This document shows, in pieces, positions 49,294 through 61,552 of a stretch of DNA of 64,000 bases (position 1 is its first letter; each line of letters opens with the position of its first letter). Origin of the DNA: Hormiphora californensis (lineage: Eukaryota; Animalia; Ctenophora); the NCBI GenBank assembly GCA_020137815.1, contig CM035362.1, positions 2,728,001-2,792,000 of the forward strand. The letters are read 5' to 3'. Position numbers and translations under genes: made by a program. The notes beneath the pieces are model-generated. The model was not told the DNA's origin, searched no databases, and saw only the letters and a program-made list of their open reading frames with translations.

Positions 49294-50310
49294 TAATTGA
49301 AAAACGCCATAATGGCCTAAATCGCTATCGGTTTTGTCACCCCAGACTTCGTGGAGATGTCGGCTAGGATGCCAATATGCACCAAAATTAGACGTAGGCC
49401 TAAATTCGTCCGAAATCAGTCCGAAACCCCGGATAAACTGAATTTTGGTCACGTGACATGGGTCCAAAATCATTTTTTGCCATTTTTATCTCTTTCTGCT
49501 ATGAATATCCCTTTAACGGTTCAGAAGTTAGAGTTTTGCAGTATCTCCGGAAGGGAGAGGTGAATATAGTTAGGGAGCGACTGAGCGAGAGAGAATGAGT
49601 GGAGTTACGATTGATAATATAAGCATAATAACGGGTGAAAACTAAAAATCTGGACATTTTTCTGTGAGCTCTAGCGCCGGACCCGTTTGAGATACAGCTT
49701 CAGGCCAGTAATAGAACGATTTTTCAGACAATTTTGAATCAGAATAACACAACGGGAAAAACTAAAATGTTCATTTTCATTGCGATATCGCATCATTTCC
49801 TCTTACCCCACCAAATCATGTAGTACGGAGATTTGAGATTTCTATGTGATCAGAAACGACCTTCCCGATGAGATAAAATTCTCAACATAACTGCCAAGTT
49901 TCAACATTTTAGCTCATTGGGAAGTTAGTTTTCCACGTCATAAACGTTTTGAGAGATCGTCAAAATGGCGATTTCTCAAATTATGTACCTGTAAATTACG
50001 CTTTGTTTGTTACAGATGATTCTGTGATTAGAGATTATCGGAGTGTGAAACAAAGTTAATTTCGTTGAAAATTGTCTGAAAAAGCATTCTATCGCTGCCC
50101 CGAAGCTGTATCTCAAAAAGAACAGGTGCTAGAGGTGCTAGAAAAGTGTGTAAATTTCAAGTACTACATGCTTTGGTGGGTCAAGAGGAAATGATGCGAT
50201 ATCGCAATGAAAATGAACTTTTTAGTTTTTCCCGTTGTGTCATTCTGATTCAAAATTGTCTGAAAAATTGTTCTATCACTGGCCTGAAGCTGTATCTCAA
50301 ACGAGGCCGG

Positions 50311-52009
50311 GGCAGGTCGGTAGAACTTCGACAGAATTTAGGGCAGGTCTGAATTTAGGGCAGCTCTGAATTTAGGGCGGGTCTGAATTTAGGGCAGGTC
50401 GGAATTTAGGGCAGGTCAATTTAATATTATTTACTTGTTACAATAGTTATGGAGAGATATTAGAAGATAAGAATTTGGGTCAATGTTTTAGATGAGTAGG
50501 AATAGCGAGAAGCCACGAACAGGGGATTGTGCGACGTGCCGAGAGGAGAAGCTGCCACGTCAGCCTAGGCTGGCGTGGACCGCGTGATCTGAGAAAGAGG
50601 TGACCAGGGAGCGAGATATGAGCTTGAGAGGAGAGAATTTTCGATTTTTCTCCAATTTTTCGTTAATAACGGCATAAATTTACATTTAACCGATAGTTCA
50701 TTGACAAACCGTTAGTTGAGACATTAGTAAATCGAAAACTTGCTAATGGAAGCTTGCTAATGCTTATACTGATTGGTAACAACAAGCGTCATGTGACCTC
50801 CATGCAAGCAACAAGAAACTTAACCAGGGTGTGATAAAATCTTGTTAGCAAGATTGCAATAGGTCTAGAATTCCCTTTGATTTTGATTTTCAACGTTCAA
50901 ATGAATACCGAAACAATATCATGTACCCAAAAGAACGAGGCAGGCTCACCGAATGAGCGCTTACACCGCCGAAACACTTTAAATCAACTAATATGATATA
51001 TAGAAATTAATATGGATTGTCCCCGTTTCATTTCTTCTCATCTCTTTTAATAACACTACCTCTCACAATGCCCCACTTAGCGTGTGGCTCAGTCTCTTTC
51101 TGTCTCTTTAACTCTGAAACGAGTCTCTTTCTCTCACTTCTCTCTTCAACAGTCCTGTCTGGACAAATGTACACGTCGTTCATCCCCTCCACTTCCCTCA
51201 GCATCCCAGACCTTGCCAGAATGGAGCGTACCATATCTCGGTTGTGTAACACCACCTTGACAGGCCGCTTCTTCCCTTCCTTCTTCTCACCTAGCCTCCT
51301 ACAGCTTACCAGTTTCGGCTTCTCGTTTGTGTGTTCCAAAACATTCAGAACATCATCCTCAGTCGTCTCCTCTCCAACAGACTCCGTCAACCCGTAGATC
51401 ATCAAGTTGCTGGATCTGTCCTCCACACTGGACGCCTTCACCATGGCTGCTTGTAGCTTCCTAGGGGTAAGCGAGGCAGTGCAGCTCTTCTTCACAACTG
51501 CTGCATAGCCCTTCAGTTCTTCTTTGACAGAAGACATCGTATCTTCAATCTTCTTGCTCTTCTCAGAGAGAAGAGAGCCCTGGAGAGTTATCACTGTCTC
51601 TTGACAAGTTAACAGCGCTTCCTGAGACTTAATAACGGTCTCTTGCATGGAATTGTACCCAGTATCACATATCCGGCGTGGAGTGCAAAGAGGTTCCTGG
51701 AAAACGAAAATACATGGAATAGAGAACACCTGCATTGGCTTAAAAACAGGAATTTAGGTTCATTAATGAATTTCTGCAGTTTTGGACTTGAAACTCTGTA
51801 CACATATCTGGCATAAGCTCAACAACATTGTGTCAAAATTTCAGAACCATTGGAATTAAGGTGCCGGAGAAATTTGTATCCTCCTAACTCACTCTCGACC
51901 ATCATTTAAAGATCATTCACAGTCACTCTGAGTATTCAGACCTGCCCTAAATTCAGACCTGCCCTAAATTGACCTGCCCTAAATTCTGTCGAAGTTCTAC
52001 CGACCTGCC
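50311..52009. mobile_element. Merlin-like family E, copy 2 (inverted relative to copy 1), containing a retroposon insertion
   Basis: Same TIRs and body as 46087-47010; TSD CGAGGCCGG. Confidence 0.8.
50877..51652 (-). mobile_element. 5'-truncated ORF1-only non-LTR retroposon (CR1/L2/Jockey-group ORF1; coding ~51648-51028)
   Basis: Coiled coil, YAAVVK, RSSNLMIYGLTE, RRLG..RPVKV, VYICPDRTVEER motifs; stop followed by ~150-nt UTR with a hairpin and (AAAATC)n tail; absent from the sister element at ~46438. Confidence 0.75.
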
Positions 52010-52639
52010 CGAGGCCGGTGCTAGAGCACACAGAAAAATGTCCAGATTTTTAGTTGTCGCCCGTTAAGCATAATCCTCCGAGAGCTCCCCATCTCTCATG
52101 CAGTGGAGGTGGACCTGGAAGTTAACGTGCAAGAATTTTTACACAGAGAAACCCACAAACCTAATGAAAATTATTTGAACACGTTTAACCCAGAAGACAA
52201 AATTGGCTTTTTGGATTAAATAGAATTTGATTTTCAGACTTTGATACACAATGACACAGTGGGTGTGTTACCTGGTAAAATCCGACGTCTCCTGGGCATG
52301 GCCGGCTAAACTCAACGACACCCTGATACTCATTGAAATCCAACATCTTAAACGTAGTGTCACCTACTGCACACTTAAACGTGTGAAATGGAGTTGCAAC
52401 CTTTTTGTCGTCTGGGTTTGTGGGTTTGCACAGAGAGAGCTCTCTGTTTGTCATTCTTCTTGTTTTGCTCACTCGATCACGGTCCATTAGAGGATGTGTG
52501 CTGCTTTCCAAAAGAATCATCACAAATTATGTCCATGGTAACCTATTATTAATCAACCCCGTATGAAGAATTCGTCTGTCTGGTATTATATTGTCAGTGT
52601 CATGGTAACCAACCCCTGTAATATCTCAGCTTTCTTTGG

Positions 52640-54100
52640 CCTTAAATGCTTATAACTCATCGAAAAATAGGTCAAAACGGCTCAACCAAAAACAGTGTTG
52701 TAGAGAATTGTCAGGCGAACATTTGGGTACAAGATTGATGTTCCAAGTCTTACCAACCGTCAGATATATCGTCTTAAAGTCAAAAATACGTGTTCATGAA
52801 ATCCGACCGGGGTTCACGTTTTGAAAAATTCACATATGCAAAGTTGCTCGGATCACATTGCATCCCTCATAAGAGTTTTAGGAAATTGTCTGGCGGTCAC
52901 TTTGGTACCCGGGTTTTTGTCCTAGCTTAATGTTTCGACTGTCGGCAGGTCGGTAGAACTTCGACAGAATTTAGGGCAGGTCAATTTAGGGCAGGTCTGA
53001 ATTTAGGGCAGCTCTGAATTTAGGGCAGCTCTGAATTTAGGGCGGGTCTGAATTTAGGTCTGAATACTCAGAGTGACTGAGAGTTAGTCAGATGAGAGTG
53101 AGTTAGGAGGATACAAATATTTAGGAATTCTTTGGGGGAGATTTAATATTATTTACTTGTTACAATAGTTATGGAGAGATATTAGAAGATAGGAATTTGG
53201 GTCAATGTTTTAGATGAGTAGGAATAGCGAGAAGCCCTAAATTCAGACCTGCCCTAAATTTACCTGCCCTAAATTGACCTGCCCTAAATTCTGTCGAAGT
53301 TCTACCGACCTGCCCGACTGTCTTATGACTGTCTAAAGACGAAATTCAACCAACATTTTTGAGGGGATCACGTGTCATCAACAAATGGGTAAAATGGGTA
53401 GAAATTTATAAGGGCTTCATTGGAATCGTCTAAGGTTCATTTTTATACCATGATTTTATCCATAGCTCTACGTTTTAGTTGCGTTATGACTGTAGGAACA
53501 TAAAGATTTGTCTACGCTTAGTCTTAGTTGGTATAGGCTCACAACGCCTAATTAGGTGGCTCGATGTCGTGTGTAATCCCATGATAATCAGCACATATCG
53601 TCTCAATTTCATCTAGACACTTAACAGGGTTGTTATGACGATTTGGCAAGTCCCCTGTTAATGTGCAGGATACGCAAGTGGTCTATCTCAACCCTATCAT
53701 GCACTAAGATGTTATTCAAGCAGCAATGAGCTTCATAACAGGGCAAAATGTAATGCGATACCTGAGACCACTTTTGTGAAAATTCCAGTTCTGACAGTCA
53801 TAAGACACTCTAAACATTGAGCTAGGACAAAAACTCGGGTACCAAAATGACCGCCAGACAATTTCATACAACTCTTATGAGGGATGCAATGTGATCCGAG
53901 CAACTTTGCATTTGTGAATTTTTCAAAACGTGAACCCCGGTCGGATTTCATGAATACGTATTTTTGACTTTAAGACGATATATCTGACGGTTGGTAAGAC
54001 TTGGAACATCAATCTTGTACCCAAATGTTCGCCTGACAATTCTCTACAACACTGTTTTTGGTTGAGCCGTTTTGACCAATTTTTCGATGAGTTATGAGCA
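52640..54100. repeat. ~320-bp inverted repeat pair (52640-52943 + 53323-53335 vs 53790-54100), relic TIR element
   Basis: Both arms give the same spurious peptide (KRLNQKQCCRELSGEHLGTRLMFQ) on opposite strands. Confidence 0.7.
52944..53314. mobile_element. Merlin-like family E, copy 3 (internally deleted)
   Basis: Same TIRs; 8-bp TSD CGACTGTC. Confidence 0.8.
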
Positions 54101-54529
54101 TTTGAATGGAATCCACTCATCACCCAAAATCATAGGTCACGCAAAGACAGTGGGACACCCTGTACTACATGCTTTGGTGGGTCAAGAGGAAATGATGCGA
54201 TATCGCAATGAAAATGAACTTTTTAGTTTTTCCCGTTGTGTTATTCTGATTCAAAATTGTCTGAAAAATCGTTCTATTACCGACCGTCGAACAAGGCAAG
54301 AATTTTTAGTGCACAGAGAGAGCTCTCTGTTTGTCATTCTTCTTGTTTTGCTCACTCGATCCCGGTCCATTAGAGGATGTGTGCTGCTTTCCAAAAGAAT
54401 CATCACAAATTATGTCCATGGTAACCTATTATTAATCAACCCCGTATGAAGAATTCATGTTCCTTTGAAATACGTATATATCTCAGCTTTCTTTGCCATG
54501 TCGATTGTCAATTTGATAGTACATATATA

Positions 54530-54620
54530 CAGTCCGCGGACCCGGCCGATTTACCGGGCACCCCGATTTACCGGGCAAAACCCTTTCCCCCGAGCATCCC
54601 GGTAAATCGGGGTCCGACTG
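54530..54620. mobile_element. Short family-D MITE
   Basis: CAGTC..AAATCGGGGTCCGACTG; TA flanks. Confidence 0.7.
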
Positions 54621-54776
54621 TATGTACTATCAAATCGATAATATGTAGGACCACTCAGGTCCCGGGTGAAAGGGGTTTTGTCCGTTAAATCGTGGTGTTG
54701 TATCCGTCTGTCGTCGGCGTCATTTTTTAATGTGTCTCTCTCCCCTTCCCTCTCTTGATCTAAGGAATACTGATTA

Positions 54777-55027
54777 GGGGAGACTTGGGTAATATGGAAT
54801 AGCAGGTCAAATAGTACTACGTTCTACTATCTACATACTACTATCTATGCGTGAGAGTGCCCCAATACAGACCACAATTAAACAGTTAGAATATCAGGGA
54901 AATTTTGTTTGATTTTGGTGTAATTTTGAGCGTGATATTTTAGCTATTATCTTTCATACAGACCACAGACTTTATGACAGGTTGCAACACCGTTCAGTCT
55001 GCTATCCCATATTACCCAAGTCTCCCC
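54777..55027. mobile_element. TA-flanked MITE upstream of the sulfotransferase
   Basis: TIR GGGGAGACTTGGGTAATATGG(A/G)ATAGCAG. Confidence 0.8.
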
Positions 55028-55246
55028 TATCTATTGTGGTTCTCCAATAGGTGTGCCGTGAAACTTGATATCTTCCTGTGTTACGTTACAAACTAGATAA
55101 GACTTGAGTTCAGTGACTGTTCAAGTGTTGACTGTTTTTTGTTGTTTATTTCTTGCTATTTAGGTGTTCACTACAACATTATACGTCATGTCATATTCAC
55201 GCCTGAAAATCTAACTTATATTTTATACAGGTGTATTATATGTGTT

Positions 55247-56467
55247 ATGCCACGAAGGTTTCACTATTTTGTGTGGTTGATCATCCTTTCAGTGGTCTTC
55301 CTCCTGCTGCGATACAATTACGATAGCCAAACAGCGGACAACAACCTGCTGCGTTACAATTACGATAACCAAATAGCGGACAGTAACCTGAATCAGTTTC
55401 CTGTACTAATCAAGGAGCCAGCGAATAAAGAGGATGCTGAGAAGGATGCTGTGAAGGATGCTGAGAAGGATGCTGTGAAGGATGTTGGGAAGGATGCTGA
55501 GAAGGATGCTGTGAAGGATGTTGGGAAGCTGATATGTGAGGAAATGAACACAGAACAGTTCAAAACACTGATGAGGGAACGGAATCAACATACCCAAGAA
55601 TGGTGCCACGTCCACCCCAATGCACCCAAAAGTCCTAGGGAGATTTGGCATTATAAAAAGGTTGGCGAGACCGGGATTAACTGGTGTCCTGTGTTCAAAG
55701 CGGCAAGCAGCAGTACTTCGGCGTTCTTCTGCCCTCTCTACTATGATGACTGTAAAATTTTGGGAGCTGAAATATGGAGGAATAAAAACTTTTTTGGCGT
55801 ACTTAGCAAAGCCAAAAACCTTCTCGTTGTGCGGCATCCGTTTGAGAGGATGCTTTCGGCTTACAGGGACAAAATTCAAAGCCCCAATCCAGATGACCCA
55901 TATCTGGTACCCGTCATGAGAAATATCGTCTTCAAATTCAGAAAAGTTGATGTTGTTAGCAAGAAAGATCTTTTAGAGAGGGCGGTAACCGAAGCTGCAG
56001 ACTACCTGAGAGCCCAGCCACATTTTAACCGGGGCCATCTTTCTTTTGTTGAAGGTTCTGATAATCCCTACTTGAACCCAATCTCGGCAACATTTGAAGA
56101 GTTTGTAAGGGGGGTCATAGATAATTTCGTACCAGGAAGCTCCCACTGGAGACCCGCTGTTAACTATTGTACCCCCTGCGGTATGAACTACGCGTATATC
56201 ATCAAGTCTGAAGAATACACCTGTGAATTTGATCATTTCCTAAGAGCTATTGGACACAAATCTGAAGATCGAATTGATAAAAGGGTGAATTTCAATCCTG
56301 TTAGAGCGCCGAAAGACAGAACTGATGTTTATAAGTTTTATGCAAGTATACCAGATAACTTGTTAGACTCTCTGTATGATTATTTTAAGAGCGACTGTGA
56401 GATTTTTCAGTATGATTGTAAGGAACTTATAGAGACGGTGAAGCTTCAAAAACAAGGACAAACGTAG
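55247..56467 (+). CDS. Golgi carbohydrate sulfotransferase, HNK-1ST/CHST8-14 (Sulfotransfer_2) family; single coding exon
   Basis: Type II TM segment (MPRRFHYFVWLIILSVVFLLL), repetitive stem, 5'-PSB WCPVFKAASSS, 3'-PB VVRHPFERMLSAYRDK, HWRP..CTPC..Y.YI.K.E and DCEIFQY; ATG follows acceptor TATACAG (55230). Confidence 0.9.
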   Translation: MPRRFHYFVWLIILSVVFLLLRYNYDSQTADNNLLRYNYDNQIADSNLNQFPVLIKEPANKEDAEKDAVKDAEKDAVKDVGKDAEKDAVKDVGKLICEEMNTEQFKTLMRERNQHTQEWCHVHPNAPKSPREIWHYKKVGETGINWCPVFKAASSSTSAFFCPLYYDDCKILGAEIWRNKNFFGVLSKAKNLLVVRHPFERMLSAYRDKIQSPNPDDPYLVPVMRNIVFKFRKVDVVSKKDLLERAVTEAADYLRAQPHFNRGHLSFVEGSDNPYLNPISATFEEFVRGVIDNFVPGSSHWRPAVNYCTPCGMNYAYIIKSEEYTCEFDHFLRAIGHKSEDRIDKRVNFNPVRAPKDRTDVYKFYASIPDNLLDSLYDYFKSDCEIFQYDCKELIETVKLQKQGQT

Positions 56468-56773
56468 GGCGCTATATTTTAAATCTGGGAAAGGGTGGTC
56501 TTAATTTCTTAATCTCATGTTTTCTATTAAATAACAATTTATGCAACTGATCGCTTCCGGCTTCAATTGTCATACTTCAATGTTCACATTCACAATGTTC
56601 CTAGTTTGATCGGTTACAGTATCTTGTCTGGCGTTGTTAAGACCCTAATTTGACAGTGCGCTCAGATGGGGTCTGCAGCGCCAGACAGACATTATCCGAT
56701 TCTCTCTCACTCTTTGGACAAAACAGCTGATCAGAGTTGTTTTTGAAGTGCAGTTGCACAGATGCTGCACAAG

Positions 56774-56858
56774 TTGGTGACATAGACACCTGGCAAGACC
56801 CCCCGCACAGAGTTGTGTGCTGGGAGGTCGAGGTCGCGCCAGGTGTCTATGTCACCAA
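56774..56858. mobile_element. 85-bp MITE family B
   Basis: TTGGTGACATAGACACCTGGC TIRs; TSD CTGCACAAG / CTGCACAGG. Confidence 0.8.
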
Positions 56859-57168
56859 CTGCACAGGTATCAGCTCCTCCTCGCAGAACATCCCCCTTCC
56901 TGGAGAAGTCTGAAGTATCCAGTGCAGAATTGAGTTGTAATTTTGTCTAGTATATCCAGATACCAGTCCCATTCAAACTCTCTATGCACTCGGAATGGGA
57001 ACGAATGTATTCCAGGTAGGGGGGCTATCTAATCGGTAAGCGGACTCTATACTAGTGCTAAAATCACGAAAAGCGAACTTGAGATTTCGGCCGGAAGCGA
57101 GAGTTTTCTGTGCCTCTATACTCGTTTAGAAGTGTTAGGGCTGTTATTTGGGTTCGAGGTTTCAGGTT

Positions 57169-57759
57169 AAGCAAAGCAAAAAAGCAAAAGCAGGACGGCT
57201 AGGATAAATCCAGTGCCGGGGGTGCTGATATCCCTTTCAATAACGTTCAGCCACGGTCCTTCCGGTACAGATTTCTCTGCAGCGTAGCCAGGCACCACCC
57301 CACAACATACGCACTCGTGTTGCTTTCGGGTCTCTCAAGAGAGCCCCTACCAATCATAGCTTGGTGGACTAGACGACATGCGCTAGATCCGGATCGAACC
57401 CTGGGGGTCACCACACACCAAAGTTAAAATTAAAATTAAAATTTTGATTTTAAACCCGCACACACCAACAGCCGTTAAAATTTCTCTCCCCCATTCTAAA
57501 AGTAACGATCTCGCGCGCGATTTTAACTGCGTGTTAAAATTTTGTCATCCAAATTCCAACGCGACCGTCAAAATCGTGCGTGAGATTGTTACTTTTAGAA
57601 TGGGGGAGAGAAATTTTAACGGCCGCTGGTGTGTGCGGGTTTAAAATAAAAATTTTAATTTTAATTTTAATTTTAATTTTGGTGTGTGCCTTGTGGTGAC
57701 TGGTGACCCTGGACCTAATGCATGGGAGGCGAGTGTACTGGCCACTACACCACCCTGCC
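57169..57759 (-). mobile_element. tRNA(Gly)-derived SINE interrupted by a MITE
   Basis: Reconstructed head GGCAGGGTGGTGTAGTGG(A box)CCAGTACACTCGCCTCCCATGC..GGTTCGATCC(B box); (GCTTT)n tail. Confidence 0.75.
57405..57709. mobile_element. Foldback MITE (Harbinger-like) inserted next to the SINE B box
   Basis: GGGTCACC..GGTGACCC with ~125-bp inverted arms; 3-bp TSD TGG. Confidence 0.8.
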
Positions 57760-58130
57760 GTCGAGGTTAGTGTTAGATATAGAGTCCTCCTTGGGTTTAG
57801 ATATAGAGTCCGTTAGCACTAGAGTCCGCCTACCGGGGCTGTCTGGAACCGCAGACCCCGTCTGAGCGCACGAATCGGGGTCTGGCGCCGCCATTACCAC
57901 ACAGGGAGCTGGGAGGGACAGGGGCTGTCAGAGCATTGGCCTGACAGGCCAGGGGAGGCTCTGCGCCGCGAGAAACTGGACCTGTGCAGCATTCGGCGCA
58001 GACGACTCACGGGGGGAAGGCGGTTTAAAACATGGAATTTAAAATTCTGGCCTTTGAGTTTAATTAGCATGCTAAAGTCGGATTTTTTGTTGTTGCCACT
58101 TGTTTTGGCTCTCACGCCTTTGTTTCTTGA

Positions 58131-58333
58131 CTGTCTGGCGCTGCGACCCATCTGAGCGCACTGTCGCTTTTAAGAATCAAATGGGGTATGGCGCCGCCAT
58201 ACAGTTTCTTGACCGATTTTGTCAAATAAAAACTTTACGGACTCACAAAATTATGCTTTTTCCGATGATAAGCTGTATGGCGGCTCCATACCCCATTTGA
58301 CAGTGCGCTCAAATGGGTCGCGGCGCCAGACAG
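58131..58333. mobile_element. Foldback MITE with CTGTCTGGCG termini; relatives near 56625-56690 and 57839-57895
   Basis: Inverted arms CTGTCTGGCGCTGCGACCCATCTGAGCGCACTGTC..ATGGGGTATGG..CATACAG. Confidence 0.7.
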
Positions 58334-58370
58334 ATGATAAGCGGCTTTTTGCCGAAAAGTGAGAGGAAGT

Positions 58371-60150
58371 AACTTGATGAAACTTGATGAAACTTGATGA
58401 ATAAACTTTATTACACAAAACATAAACGGTGTCAGTCTTTTAAACATCCCCCTTTAGCTCGAACCACTAGCACCCAAGAGGGAATTCCCATTTTGAGTCC
58501 TATAACCCTTAACAGGTGGATTGTCCGGGTACTGATCCAGCCACCGTCCCAGCAAGACCTTGAACATATCCAATGTCTCTGCCGTGTTGACCTCTCTCGG
58601 TAATGTATTCCATAACCGTGCAGCCCTCACAGCGAAGGAGTTGAAGTACTTAGTTGAGATAGACTTCTGTGCTCCGCTGTAAAGGGAAGGTACTTCGGCT
58701 CTGATGCCAAGCCGTTCATGGTGGTAGAACCGTGTATTCGTGCTATTTGGGGATGCACCGTTATAGATCTTCCACATCTGTATGATAGTATAACGCTCTC
58801 TTCTTCTCTGAAGGGACATCAGTCTCAGTTTTTTCAACCGCTCCCAATAGTCCATTTGCGCCATATCCTCAATTCTCCTGGTAAACTGCCTCTGTACGCT
58901 CTCAAGAGCCTGGATGTCTCCTATAAGGTAAGGTGACCACAAAGGTGAACAGTATTCCAGTTTGCATCTAATCAAAGACTTGTAGAGTGTCAGCATAGTG
59001 TTCACTGACCTATCCTTGAATGCTCGTAACGCCCATGCAGCCATCCTTCTTGCTTCAGATGATGTCTTCATGACGTGTGGTGTCCAAGAGCAGTCATCCG
59101 AAAGCAGAATGCCAAGATCTCTGACACTTTTTGTTGGTTGTATGTTGTTGCCCGCTGGTGTCACATACAAGCGTAGTTCATTGTGAAACGGTAATTCTCG
59201 AAGAAGTGATGTCTTGTTCAGTTCATAGTGTACTACCTCGAATTTATCTTCATGGAGTACCATGCTGTTTGCTGCAGACCATTCTACTACCCGCTCAAGA
59301 TCTGCCTGTAGTTCTTCCCCACTTTCTTCAGACACAATTTTCTTCTGTAGTTTGGTGTCATCTGCAAATGTCCCAGTATCACAGTGCAGAACTCGGCTTT
59401 GAAGATCTGCTACGTAGATGATGAAGAGAATTGGTCCAAGCACTGTCCCTTGTGGAACACCGCTTCTTACCACCTCGAAGCTTGATTTCTCACCCTCCAC
59501 AACAACCGTTTGATACCTGCCTGATAGAAAATCTGTAATCCATGCAAGAACTTTTCCTCGGATTCCTAGTTTCTCGAGTTTAGCAAGGAGTATTGAGTGA
59601 TTCACTTTATCGAAAGCCTTGCTATAGTCAAGGAAAACAACGTCCACTTCGTTACCACTGTTCAGCTCATTGAAGATATTGTCCATGTGATTTAGGAGTT
59701 GGGTGAGGCGCCCTCTCCGTTTCCGAAAGCCATGTTGGCTATCTGGTAAGAGGTTGTTCTCTTCTAGATGATCTACCAGTTTATTCCTCATTACTCTCTC
59801 GAAGGTTTTTAGCAGATTTGAGGTCAAAGAAACAGGGCGATAGTTAACTGCTAAAGTTTTGTCGCCACGTTTAAAGATGGGTGTTATGGATTGGATCTTC
59901 AGAGTTTCTGGTGTTTTCCCATCCTCGAACGATTTCTCCCAGAGCAAAAACAGTGGGACACACAAAGTGTTTCTACACGCTGTCAGGATTTTCGCAGGGA
60001 TATCGCCATCTGGTCCAGCAGATGATGGGTCTAGTTCAGCAAGTGCTGCCTTGATGTCCTCTGGAGAGAAATCAAAATCATCTAGGACCACCTCACTTCC
60101 TTCCACCCATGACAGACTCTTGGCCAGGTCCCCATCGTCTGGATCACTGA
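58371..60150 (-). mobile_element. 5'-truncated CR1-group LINE with an uninterrupted RT frame (ORF to stop 58454)
   Basis: AGPDG, IFKRGDK..NYRPVSLTS, QHGFR, LDYSKAFDKV, SGVPQGTVLGP, FADD, VRDLG, RRRERY, WNTLP; 3' tail (TCATCAAGTT)x3; no endonuclease domain. Confidence 0.92.
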
Positions 60151-60260
60151 AGGACAAAGTGGAGGCTGTCACGCACAAATACGACGCCGTGCGTGAAAAG
60201 GTGGATGACAACTTCAAAAATCCTTTACTTGACGGGGTTAGTCAATTTTCAAAAAGAAAG

Positions 60261-61552
60261 GAAGGCATTTGATAAGGTGGACATAGGCATTCTATTGGAA
60301 AAACTCCAGAAATATGGTGTCAAGGGCAGACTTTTATCTTGGCTAAGTAGTTTCCTTACCGATCGGATGCAAACTGTTATGGTCGACGGTGTCCCTTCCT
60401 CTTTCGCTCAAGTGATTAGTGGTGTACCCCAAGGGACAGTTCTAGGCCCAATCCTATTTCTCATATATGTGATCGACCTAGATTCTGTAGTCAAACACGG
60501 CTCGTCCTTGTCGTTTGCAGACGATACCAAAATCTTCTCTGCTATACGAACGCTACTGGATAAGGTCCTCCTTCAAGAGGATCTCAACAGCATCATTTCT
60601 TGGGCAGATATCAACAATATGTCGCTCCACCAAGCAAAGTTTGAAGTGATGAACTATACACTAAATCACACATCATCTCTCAGGGAAATGCCCTTTAGTG
60701 CCGAGAACTATACATATCATCTTTCAGACGGTAGAGCTATTATCCCTTCCCGTACCGTTCGTGATCTTGGCGTTCTTCTCTCCTCCGACGGTTCATGGTC
60801 AGCCCAGATATCTCGTGTAATATCAGAGGCGAGACGTATTGCTGGCTGGACCCTCAGTGCATTCAGGTCCCGTTCTCGGAGCACCATGGTTACCCTCTAC
60901 AAATCCCTGGTGCGTCCACACCTGGACTACTGTTGTACTCTTTGGTCCCCCACCAAGATTGGCGATATCAGTCGTTTAGAGGATATTCAACGTGCTTTTA
61001 CTCGTAAAATCGCCGGCCTTAAAGGCCTGGACTACTGGCAGAGACTCCGATCCCTGTGTCTACTGTCACTTCAAAGACGTCGTGAGAGATACACTATGAT
61101 AATGGTCTGGAAAATATACAATGGTGAATCACCAAACACCACCAACATGGGCTTTGTGGAGAGCCCCCGTTCTGGACCAAGAGCAATCGTTCCCAGATAT
61201 TCTTATGAAGCTCAACGATCAAATCTCACCATGTTTGAGGGTTCTTTTGCAGTTAAGGGCCCCCAACTGTGGAACACTCTACCACGACATGTTAAGGAGG
61301 CACCGACACTTTCCCATTTTAAATCACGCCTGGGTGTCTACCTTTGTTTCATCCCTGATACTCCACCTATTATCGGGTATCCATCTCAATCGAACAACAA
61401 CTCTATCCTGCAGTGGCGTCCTGATCAATTCCAATCTTGATGAATGTTGTTTGTTGCTGAGCTGGTGTGTTATTAATGACTAATGAGGAGGTTTATTTTT
61501 TTAAATATCCTGTGTATTTGTGCGCAAATTATTTGAATTGAATTGAATTGAA
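60261..61552 (+). mobile_element. Second, distinct 5'-truncated CR1-group LINE (RT from KAFD to stop 61440)
   Basis: KAFDKVD, SGVPQGTVLGP, FADD, VRDLG, RRRERY, WNTLP; 3' tail (TTGAA)n at ~61532-61552. Confidence 0.9.

Noticed and set aside
51653-51735. First 28 codons of the 235-aa ORF
   Set aside because: They derive from the host family-E element (present in copy 1), not from the retroposon.
55139-55246. N-terminal extension of the sulfotransferase ORF
   Set aside because: Non-ATG start upstream of a branch point and acceptor; probably intronic. The ATG at 55247 precedes the TM segment.
57710-57759. Functional tRNA-Gly gene
   Set aside because: No acceptor-stem closure, split by a MITE and continuing into a SINE body.
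58371-61552. A single twin-primed (5'-inverted) LINE
   Set aside because: Both halves cover the same RT region, differ widely in sequence and have separate 3' tails, so they are two elements.
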